NCBI GenBank assembly: GCA_964455545.1
Contig: CAYVWQ010000010.1
Location: 23,749 to 87,748 of the forward strand
Reading direction: 5' to 3'
DNA: 64,000 nucleotides
Source: an uncultured Thermoleophilaceae bacterium
Lineage (GTDB): Bacteria; Actinomycetota; Thermoleophilia; Solirubrobacterales; JACPNS01
The translations under genes were made by a program, and so were the position numbers. The number at the start of each line of letters is the position of its first letter. The stretch's first letter is position 1. Shown piece by piece: positions 20,485 to 28,371 of this stretch. A model generated the notes under the pieces. That model had not been told where the DNA came from. It made no database searches and saw nothing but the letters and a program-made list of their open reading frames with translations.

Positions 20485-21271
20485 ACCCGTCAGTTGATCC
20501 TCCCGGCCGCTTCAGCGTCTTACCGTCGGCCTCCAGCTCCGCGTTTGTCTTACCGCCAACCGCGTTCACGAGCCACTGCTTGAAAGCATCGGTCCGGCGG
20601 TCGGTGAACCGCCGCTCCGATCGGGCCTGCTTTTTGGGGTTTCGCTTCGCGTAGAAGCGCTTGGCCCAGATCGAGTCGGGTTTGCCCAGGCGCACCGCGC
20701 CGTAGAGCGACACGAACGGGATCAAGAGGCCGATCAGCCCGTGCGAGATGCGCTTCTTCGAGAAGCAGACCAGCGCGAGGGCGAGGTTGAGGATCAGCGT
20801 CAGGAAGATCGCCCCTATCCCCTGTTCGCCCTCGAGCGGGTTGGCGCCGATCAGGATGAGACCGATGATCGCCGTCACGTAAAGCGCGGCGTCGATCGAT
20901 GCGCGTCCCTCGTGAGACCAGTAGACGTCCTTCAGGTAGATCCACAGCGCGAACTCGTCGATCGTCATACCCATGCCGATCCCGAAAAGCGCTGCGCAGA
21001 GGTAGAACCATCCGTCCTCAGTGTGCAGCGCGAAGGCCAGCACGCCGGACCCCATCATCAGGAAGATCCCCCAGACCAGGTGATGCAGGTGGAGGCCGTC
21101 GTCCGTCACGACGCTGCCGGGCCACCAGGTGGTGCTGCGGCCGAGGCGAGCGCTGGTGCGGATGAAAAGGAACGACCCAAGGAAACCAGCGAACACGAGA
21201 AATATCGACACGCGGTCGTTCGCGACGATCTGGTCCTGCCAGAAGTCGCCGATGAACCAGGCTCCGATCAT
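20483..21271 (-). CDS. hypothetical polytopic membrane protein
   Basis: 262 aa, about 6 TM, HLHHLVWG motif, basic C-terminal tail. ATGA-coupled to the upstream TMEM175-like gene. Confidence 0.55.
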   Translation of the reverse strand: MIGAWFIGDFWQDQIVANDRVSIFLVFAGFLGSFLFIRTSARLGRSTTWWPGSVVTDDGLHLHHLVWGIFLMMGSGVLAFALHTEDGWFYLCAALFGIGMGMTIDEFALWIYLKDVYWSHEGRASIDAALYVTAIIGLILIGANPLEGEQGIGAIFLTLILNLALALVCFSKKRISHGLIGLLIPFVSLYGAVRLGKPDSIWAKRFYAKRNPKKQARSERRFTDRRTDAFKQWLVNAVGGKTNAELEADGKTLKRPGGSTDG

Positions 21272-21873
21272 GCGGCGTCGACCCGTCTACGCCAAGCCTC
21301 GATCGGGCGCATCAGGAACAGGATCAGGAGTGAGAGCATGCCGACACCGGGCGCGAGCACCGAGATCGTCAGCGCGACGAGCATCAGTACCACGAGCATC
21401 GACGCGCTGACGAGGTCAAACGGTTCCGGCGGCGAGTCAGCGCGGTGCATCTGCGGGTGGCGGTCGACGATCCATGCCTGCGCGAATGCCGTGACCGAAA
21501 GCCAGAGCAGAGTGCCGATGTACAGGGCGTTGGCCAGCCCGTCCCGGACCTCTGAGTTCGAGATCAGCGCCGTGGGGTACGGCAGGACCACGATCCCGAG
21601 GATCCAAAGCAGCGCGGCGGCCCGCAGCGCCGTGTTGTAACCGACGAGGTTCTCGAACAGCTCGTGTTCGCGCATCCAGTAGACCGCGATCACGATGAAG
21701 CTGATGAGGAACGAGATGAAAGCGTCGCTCTGCTCATGGAAGAGCTTGCCGGTGGTGGTGTTGTGAAGCTCCGTGACCTGGTCGGCGAGCGGCAGGATCA
21801 GGATCGTGATCGCGATCGCGACGATTGCGTCGATGAACGATGCGAGGCGATCGAGGCTGCGTTCCGAGAGCAT
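21268..21873 (-). CDS. TMEM175/DUF1211-family potassium channel-like protein
   Basis: RLASFIDAIVAIAITILILPL resembles the RxxxFSD helix-1 signature. 6-TM layout, 201 aa. Confidence 0.65.
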   Translation of the reverse strand: MLSERSLDRLASFIDAIVAIAITILILPLADQVTELHNTTTGKLFHEQSDAFISFLISFIVIAVYWMREHELFENLVGYNTALRAAALLWILGIVVLPYPTALISNSEVRDGLANALYIGTLLWLSVTAFAQAWIVDRHPQMHRADSPPEPFDLVSASMLVVLMLVALTISVLAPGVGMLSLLILFLMRPIEAWRRRVDAA

Positions 21874-21922
21874 CGTCCAATCATGCCGCCGAATCCGGCA
21901 GAAGGCGGGTTACGATCGGGGG

Positions 21923-22288
21923 ATGCCGCAGCCCCGACCTAGTTTTGATCCCGGCTCACGCGTGGAGTTGCCGAAGGGCCTACGCCCGCCGTTCAGCGTT
22001 TACGTCAACGGCGTCGAACAGAAGGAAGGCGCCGATTACACGGTCGACGACGGGCATCTGCTGTTTCGCGCAGTGCTGGTGCGCGAGGGGCGACTGGGGT
22101 TCTGGCGCTGGTTCTCAATGTTTCTCGGTGTCGGCAACACCTATCGCGCCAACGACGGCGTGGATGTCACCACCCGCATCAACGGCCGACCCGTCGCCTT
22201 CACCGCCCTTCCGATCGAGACGCTCGGCGATCCGCGCAGCGATTTCGGTCAGCACGGCGCCGTTTCGTTTGATCCGGCGTCGCGTTGA
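21923..22288 (+). CDS. hypothetical protein
   Basis: Trimmed to MPQPRPSFDPG (ATG 21923). G+C-rich third codon positions. No family recognised. Confidence 0.4.
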   Translation: MPQPRPSFDPGSRVELPKGLRPPFSVYVNGVEQKEGADYTVDDGHLLFRAVLVREGRLGFWRWFSMFLGVGNTYRANDGVDVTTRINGRPVAFTALPIETLGDPRSDFGQHGAVSFDPASR

Positions 22289-22347
22289 CCGCACCTTCGG
22301 CCGCCCCCGGCGGTTATATCCTCGACCGCTCGGCGTGTCCGAAACCT

Positions 22348-23118
22348 ATGGCGCTTTCCCCCATCCAAATCCGCAGATCGCTGCCGTTCGTCACGGCCTG
22401 CCTGCTGCTGCTCGCGCTGACAGCGCCGGCGCACGCCCGCCAGGCGAACCCTTGGACGTTCCCGAACAAGCAGCCGAACACGGCCTACTTCTCGGCCTAC
22501 GGCGGTGACACCACGCGGGTCTCGACGGTTGTGCAGCCCTTCCGCACCTCTCCTCTTCGCATCACCTACACGTTGCCGGACGCGTTCAGGATCGGGCAGC
22601 GCACGACGGTCAAGGTGAAGTTCCAGTACGTCTCATCAACGGTGGTCGGCAACTACTGCGTGCAGGTCCCCTACGGACCGATCGGATGCGCGACGTCCGG
22701 CACGGGAGTGAACAACTCGTACAAGCGCACCTTCGGCAGCCGCAAGATCCAGGTTCGCGCGTTGCTGACCACTGACACCAACAGCTTCGTGAACGGTCAG
22801 TCCGAGAGCTACACCGGCCCGGGCAAGCGGGTATCGGTGAAGCCGGGTCACTCCGCGACGATGAGCTTCAAAGTCAAGTTCTCTCGCTGCTTCGACTGGC
22901 CCGCGACGTTTGCCAGCCCAGTGTTCAACGATTACGGGAACCGCCCGACGGTGCGCTGGACGGGATACGCCTGCGCTCCGGCCGGGCTCAACATCGCCTA
23001 CGACGCCGTCGCGCGCGGTGCGAAGAACGCAGCCAAGTGGACGCGCGGCCGCGTCGGCACGCGCACCGGCGAGTCGACGGGGTTGTTCAACCTCGTCTCG
23101 ATCAAGCTGCTGCCGTAG
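22348..23118 (+). CDS. hypothetical secreted protein
   Basis: Trimmed to MALSPIQIRRSLPFVTACLLLLALTAPAHA signal peptide. Beta-rich, Cys-containing mature part. Confidence 0.5.
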   Translation: MALSPIQIRRSLPFVTACLLLLALTAPAHARQANPWTFPNKQPNTAYFSAYGGDTTRVSTVVQPFRTSPLRITYTLPDAFRIGQRTTVKVKFQYVSSTVVGNYCVQVPYGPIGCATSGTGVNNSYKRTFGSRKIQVRALLTTDTNSFVNGQSESYTGPGKRVSVKPGHSATMSFKVKFSRCFDWPATFASPVFNDYGNRPTVRWTGYACAPAGLNIAYDAVARGAKNAAKWTRGRVGTRTGESTGLFNLVSIKLLP

Positions 23119-23124
23119 CGGTGA

Positions 23125-25569
23125 TCAGACCGCGCTGCCCGACTGGTGCGGGTAGTCGCCCTCGACCTCGAGCAGTGCGCCAGTGTCGTCGAGGTGCGTT
23201 CCGGTCGTCTTGATCTCGTCCGGGGCGCGACCCTTGGGCTGGTGCACGACCGGAGGCTTCGGGATCGGCTCGATCTTGCGCGTGATCGGTGCGTCGGCCT
23301 CGACGATCAGCGCCTCGCCGTAGTGGGTCAATTCCACGCCGTGCCCGCGGAGCAGGCTGTACGTCGCATCCTCCTTGCCGATGTCGACGCGCAGCGTGCT
23401 CTCTCCCAGTCGCAGGTTGAATGCCAGCCGCTCGAGCTGCGCCGGCAGGCGAGGCTCGAAGGACGGGTGCTCGTAGTAGTCACGAAACCCGCCGAAGCCG
23501 TTGACGAGACCCATCCAGGTGCCCGCCGACGCGGCCAGGTGCAGGCCGTCGCTCGTGTTGTGTGCGAGGTTGTGCAGGTCGACGAGCGCGGTCTCCTGGA
23601 GGTAGTCCCAAGCGAGATCGAGGTGGCCGGTCTCGGCCGCGACGACCGATTGTCCGCAGGCGGACAGTGACGAGTCCCGCACGGTCACGCCCTCGTAGTA
23701 CTCGAAGTTCCTGCGCTTCTGCTCCTTGGTGAAGTAGTCCCCGTTGGTGAAGAGGGCCAGCACCAGGTCGGCCTGCTTGACGACCTGCTTCCGGTAGAGG
23801 TCGAAGTACGGGTAGTTGAGCATCAGCGGATAGTCGGCCTGTTCCATGTCGTCGAACGGCCACAGCTCGTGGTGCGTGAAGTTGTCGGCCTGCGGATGAA
23901 CGCCGAGGCCGTCGTCGTAAGGGATGTGCATCGCGTCGGCGGCCGCGAGCCAGGCCTGGGGCTCATCGGGAAGCAGGCCGACTTCATCGGCCATCTCCGG
24001 GAACTTGAGCGCGACGTCGGCGGCGCCGCGCAGGTTGCGCGCCGCCATCAGGTTCGTGTAGACGTTGTTGTCGACGATCGCGCTGTACTCGTCCGGACCG
24101 GTCACGCCGGCGATGCGGAACTCGCCGCGGCTGTCGTGGGCGCCGAGCTTGCGCCACATCCGCGCCGTCTCGATCAGCACCGGCACGCCTACCTCGCGTT
24201 CAAAGTCTTCGTCACCGGTGGCACGGACGTAACGCAGGACCGCGTCGGCGACATCCGCGGAAACGTGGAAGGCCGCCGTGCTGGCCGGCCAGTAGCCCGA
24301 GCACTCGCGCCCGGCGATCGTCCGCCAGGGGAACGTCGCGCCGTCCAGGTTGAGCTGCTGCGCGCGCTCCCGTGCCAGATCGAGCGTCGCGTGGCGCCAA
24401 TGCAGCGCGTCGCGAGCCGCCGTCGGCCACGTGTAGGTGAGAACCGGGAGCACGAAAGTCTCGGTGTCCCAGAACGCATGGCCGTCGTAGCCAGAGCCGG
24501 TCAGGCCCTTGGCCGGGATCGCCCTGCGTTCGCCGCGGGCACTGGCCTGAAGCAGGTGAAACAGTCCGAATCGCACGGCCTGCTGCATCTCGTCGTCACC
24601 CTCGACGACAACATCGGCGTTGTCCCAGAACTCGGAGAGGAACTCGGTCTGGTCCTTGAGCAAACCGTCCCAGCCCGTGTGCCGGGCCTCCGAAAGCGAC
24701 CCGCGCACCTGTGCCCGCACGGACGAGATCGAGCGTCGGCCCGACCAGCCGTACGAGAGGTACTTGAGGACGCGAAGCTTCTTGCCGGCCTCGACGCGAG
24801 CCGTGACGGTGAGGCGACCGATGTCCGCGCCCGTCTCTCCCTCGATGAACATGTCCTCGGGACCCTCGATGTCGTGGTCCATCGCGGACGCGACTCGCAG
24901 CCCGCTCATCTCGGTGCGGTGGATCAGCATCGCCATTTCTTCGTGGAGGAAGTGCTCCTCGCTGATCAGTGGGTTCTCGAGCACCGCGGCCATGCGCGGA
25001 TCGTTGGGGTCGTGGTGGTCACTGCCGCCGTCGCTGTTCGCGACGAGCTCTGACTGGACGACGAGCTGCATGTCGCGGTTGAGCGGGGTGACCTCGTAAA
25101 GGATCGCGGCGACGCCGCGCTGCGAAAGCGAGACGATGCGCGAACTCTCGACCAGCACCTCCTGGCCCGTCGGCGAGCGCCAGTGCATCGAGCGCTTGAG
25201 CACCCCTTCGCGGAAGTCCAACACGCGTTCGTGGCGCAGAACCTCGCCGTAGCGGGCGTCCATCAGTTCGTCATCGACGAGCAGTCGGATCAGCTTGCCG
25301 TTCGGCACCGAGACGACCGTCTCCCCCGCCTCTGGATACCCGTAGGCGGTCTCCGCGTGCGGCAGAGGGCGGATCTCGTAAACGCCGTTGAGGAAGGTTC
25401 CGGCCACTCCGGTCGGTTCACCTTCGTCGAGATTGCCGCGCATTCCGATGTGACCGTTCGAGAGCGCGAACAGAGATTCGGCCTGCGCGAGCGCGCCGAT
25501 CCTCAGCTCGGTCTCACGCAGCGCCCATGGATCGACGTCCATTGCCGGCATTTCGTTTTGCGCCATCAT
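23125..25569 (-). CDS. glycoside hydrolase family 65 disaccharide phosphorylase (kojibiose/trehalose/maltose type)
   Basis: 814 aa. Central (alpha/alpha)6 region with GYDGHAFWDTE and the typical GH65 length. Overlaps the upstream beta-PGM gene. Confidence 0.88.
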   Translation of the reverse strand: MMAQNEMPAMDVDPWALRETELRIGALAQAESLFALSNGHIGMRGNLDEGEPTGVAGTFLNGVYEIRPLPHAETAYGYPEAGETVVSVPNGKLIRLLVDDELMDARYGEVLRHERVLDFREGVLKRSMHWRSPTGQEVLVESSRIVSLSQRGVAAILYEVTPLNRDMQLVVQSELVANSDGGSDHHDPNDPRMAAVLENPLISEEHFLHEEMAMLIHRTEMSGLRVASAMDHDIEGPEDMFIEGETGADIGRLTVTARVEAGKKLRVLKYLSYGWSGRRSISSVRAQVRGSLSEARHTGWDGLLKDQTEFLSEFWDNADVVVEGDDEMQQAVRFGLFHLLQASARGERRAIPAKGLTGSGYDGHAFWDTETFVLPVLTYTWPTAARDALHWRHATLDLARERAQQLNLDGATFPWRTIAGRECSGYWPASTAAFHVSADVADAVLRYVRATGDEDFEREVGVPVLIETARMWRKLGAHDSRGEFRIAGVTGPDEYSAIVDNNVYTNLMAARNLRGAADVALKFPEMADEVGLLPDEPQAWLAAADAMHIPYDDGLGVHPQADNFTHHELWPFDDMEQADYPLMLNYPYFDLYRKQVVKQADLVLALFTNGDYFTKEQKRRNFEYYEGVTVRDSSLSACGQSVVAAETGHLDLAWDYLQETALVDLHNLAHNTSDGLHLAASAGTWMGLVNGFGGFRDYYEHPSFEPRLPAQLERLAFNLRLGESTLRVDIGKEDATYSLLRGHGVELTHYGEALIVEADAPITRKIEPIPKPPVVHQPKGRAPDEIKTTGTHLDDTGALLEVEGDYPHQSGSAV

Positions 25570-26336
25570 CCGATCAACTCCTCCAGGTCGTCGACAACCT
25601 TGTCGGCGCCGTGTTCTTTCAGCGCCTCCGCCTGGCCGACGCGATTCACGCCGACCACATATCCGAATCCTCCAGCGCGGCCGGCTTCAACGCCCGCTAG
25701 CGCATCCTCGAAGACGACTGACTCCGAGAGCGAGGAGCCGATCGCCTCTGCCGCCGCGATGAACGTGTCGGGCGCCGGCTTGCCGGGGATGCCCCGTTCG
25801 GCGGCCACGACCCCGTCCATGATCTCTTCGAACTCGTCGAGCAGTCCGCAGCTTGTGAGGATCGCGCGGCAGTTGGCGCTAGACGACACGACGGCACGAT
25901 GCATGCCTGCGGATTCGGCCGCGGCGAGGTATTTGACGGTGCCGGCGTACGCCTCGACGCCGTCGCGCTTGATCAGCGCGCCGACCAGCTCGTTCTTGCG
26001 GTTTCCGAGCCCGCAGACCGTCTCCGCCTGCGGCGGATCTGACGGGTCGCCGTCCGGCAACGTGATGCCGCGCGAGGCAAGGAACGATCGAACGCCGTCG
26101 TAGCGCGGCTTTCCGTCCACGTACTTGTCGTAGTCAGTGCGCGGGTCAAAATCGGGCTGCGGTTCGCCACTCGCCGTCTCCTGCGTCTCGAGAAAGGCGT
26201 CGAACATCTCTTTCCATGCGGCCGCGTGTACCACCGCTGTCTTGGTTATGACCCCGTCGAGGTCGAACAGCAGCGTGGTGATCCCGTCGGGCAGGCCGAT
26301 AGCTGCGGGGTCGGGCTTCGTGCCGGTGTGGTGCAT
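25566..26336 (-). CDS. beta-phosphoglucomutase-family HAD hydrolase
   Basis: LLFDLDGVITKT (DxDG) motif and a C-terminal FEDALAGVEAGRAGG motif. Coupled to GH65. Confidence 0.8.
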   Translation of the reverse strand: MHHTGTKPDPAAIGLPDGITTLLFDLDGVITKTAVVHAAAWKEMFDAFLETQETASGEPQPDFDPRTDYDKYVDGKPRYDGVRSFLASRGITLPDGDPSDPPQAETVCGLGNRKNELVGALIKRDGVEAYAGTVKYLAAAESAGMHRAVVSSSANCRAILTSCGLLDEFEEIMDGVVAAERGIPGKPAPDTFIAAAEAIGSSLSESVVFEDALAGVEAGRAGGFGYVVGVNRVGQAEALKEHGADKVVDDLEELIG

Positions 26337-26389
26337 ATGGAACTCTCGCGGGGGTCGAATGTTCAGTTACGGCATTATGTCGTACGGAA

Positions 26390-27277
26390 TCAGCTTTCCA
26401 GCGGGCTGAGCATCAGAAGTTGCCGCGCCTGCACGAGCAGCTCTCCGTCGGCGGTGAAAACGAGTGAGTCCTGCTCGGCGAGTCCTTCGATCACGCCGCG
26501 CGTGGTGTTGCGTACGAGCAGCGGCTGATCCGGCAGACCACCGGCAGGCAGGGCACGACGGAAATGTGTGGTCAGGTCGAGCGTCGGCGACATCGCGGGG
26601 GCAGTCAGCGGCTGCAGAGCGGTCGGCCACAAGACGTCGACCAGAAAGGCAAGCCACGCGTGATCGATCGGTCGCGGCTGCGAGAGCTGCACCCAGCCTC
26701 CGTTCTCGCCGCCGGTCTGCGGATCTACGGGCGTCCCCGAGAACGGTGCGCTGCCGAACCGCGGCGAAACAAGGACCCGGTCGAAGTACTTCGGTCCGAA
26801 GTCACGCGGTGCCATCCAACCCTCAGATTCGAGCGACAACTCGCCGGCGTCGATCAGGGGTGCGTCGCGCGGCGGCGCCGGCTTGACGCCTGCCGGCGCG
26901 GGAGCCTCCCATGCGTCGGCCGCCGCGACCTCGTTCGACAACGTCGCGAGGACGGCGAGGCACGGTTTACCGCCCTGGGACATCGTCGCCCGCGCGGAGG
27001 CGAAGCGGCGCCCCCTGCGCAGGGGGTCGACGTCGACCACGACCTCACCGTCCGACGGGGCGCGCAGGTAATGACACGTGAGCGACCGCGGCTGGAGCGC
27101 CGGATCGTCGAACTCAGCAGCTATGGCCCGCAGCGCGATTGCGCCAAGGATTCCGCCGTGCGGGAAGAACGGTCCCGCCCAACTGGGTTGAACCACCCCT
27201 TTGTAGCGGCGGTCGCCGCCCGTCACCGCGACGGCAGCGGAGAAATCAACGGAGGTTGGACTCGGTGCGTCCTGCAT
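26390..27277 (-). CDS. acyl-CoA thioesterase, double hot-dog (TesB-like)
   Basis: 295 aa, with HGGILGAIALRA in the first half and a second hot-dog-like half. Family-level call only. Confidence 0.6.
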   Translation of the reverse strand: MQDAPSPTSVDFSAAVAVTGGDRRYKGVVQPSWAGPFFPHGGILGAIALRAIAAEFDDPALQPRSLTCHYLRAPSDGEVVVDVDPLRRGRRFASARATMSQGGKPCLAVLATLSNEVAAADAWEAPAPAGVKPAPPRDAPLIDAGELSLESEGWMAPRDFGPKYFDRVLVSPRFGSAPFSGTPVDPQTGGENGGWVQLSQPRPIDHAWLAFLVDVLWPTALQPLTAPAMSPTLDLTTHFRRALPAGGLPDQPLLVRNTTRGVIEGLAEQDSLVFTADGELLVQARQLLMLSPLES

Positions 27278-27334
27278 CGAGCGGCAGCCTAGTGGCCGCC
27301 GGCGCCGAAGCGCAAGCGGCCACCGGGCCTTCGC

Positions 27335-28087
27335 TCAGTGAGTGCTGTAGACCGTGCCGGTGCTGCCGAAGCCGAGCTTGTGCTTCAGGGCCGCCGTCAG
27401 GTCCCAGTCGCGGCCGGCGATGTACGGCCCGCGGTCGATGACTCGGGCGGTCACGGTGCGAGATCCCACCTTGAACGTGACCTGCGTCCCGCACGGGAGC
27501 GTCTTGTGCGCGACGCCGACGGTTGACGGCGAGAGGCGGCCGCCGCACGCAAGCCCTCCGCCATAGAGCCCGGGTCCGTAGTAGGACGCGAAGCTGCGGC
27601 GGAAGATGTAGGCGTTTCCGAGCGTGTCCGACACGACGCGGCCGGCCTTGTTCACGGTCAGGCGCGTGCGGTAGCGGCCCGGCTTGCCCTTCGTCCACTT
27701 CAAGGTGAAGTGGTGGCCGCCGCGCACGACCCGCGTCGCGACACTGTGCCAATTGTTGGTCCCGATGCGACGGACCTTCAGGCGCACACGAGCGCTTCCG
27801 CTCACCGCCCCGGTGACGATCCCTCGCACCTTGATCCCGCCGCGACCGGTCGCGCGGCGAGCCGTGAACCTGCCACTGATGTGAACCGCCTTCGACGCCT
27901 TCGAGCTCTTCTGGCTCGTGGCTCCGCCGGTCTTCTGACCGTCGGTACCGGCGGCGCGAGCGATCGGCACGGCCACTAGGACCAACGTCGCGAGAGCGAG
28001 CGGCACCACGCCGATCGGAAGTTTGATGGAGTTCAGCGTTGTCTGAGCGCGCAGAGCAATACCCCGCGTGCGGGCCTTCTTGTGCAT
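27335..28087 (-). CDS. RlpA-like double-psi beta-barrel (DPBB) cell-wall protein, membrane-anchored/secreted
   Basis: C-terminal SYYGPGLYGGGLACGGRL...AHKTLPCGTQVTF...ARVIDRGPYIAGRDWDL is a typical RlpA/DPBB domain. N-terminal TM/signal segment. Confidence 0.8.
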   Translation of the reverse strand: MHKKARTRGIALRAQTTLNSIKLPIGVVPLALATLVLVAVPIARAAGTDGQKTGGATSQKSSKASKAVHISGRFTARRATGRGGIKVRGIVTGAVSGSARVRLKVRRIGTNNWHSVATRVVRGGHHFTLKWTKGKPGRYRTRLTVNKAGRVVSDTLGNAYIFRRSFASYYGPGLYGGGLACGGRLSPSTVGVAHKTLPCGTQVTFKVGSRTVTARVIDRGPYIAGRDWDLTAALKHKLGFGSTGTVYSTH

Positions 28088-28097
28088 TCTTGAAAAT

Positions 28098-28242
28098 GCT
28101 CCTTCCAGCGCCTACGGAGTTAGCTGACGGGCTCGCGACGGTCTCTCCTCGAGTGTCGCTACGACCGGATCACCGGTCGATTCGCCCCAGGTGTGCATGA
28201 AGCACGTTGGGTCCCCCGTCCGACATGAGCGAGACGGTTCGG
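28098..28242 (-). promoter_or_regulatory. cyclic-di-AMP riboswitch (ydaO/yuaA class)
   Basis: The minus strand contains CUCGCUCAUGUCGGACGGGGGACCCA, CUGGGGCGAAUC and GAGCCCGUCAGCUAACUCCGUAGGCG in the ydaO order, compared by memory with the B. subtilis ydaO aptamer. The 3' end abuts the GGAAGGAG RBS (28099-28106) of the RlpA-like gene. Confidence 0.85.
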
Positions 28243-28371
28243 CGCCTGTTGTTTGAGTTGGCGGCGAAGAGTAGAGCCGCAATCAGATGGCTATGTGCGT
28301 TTCCTCACACAACACGCCGTTCGGGCGCAGAATCACGAAAATTGCAGAAAGTGCCTGCAAACAGCGGGTAT

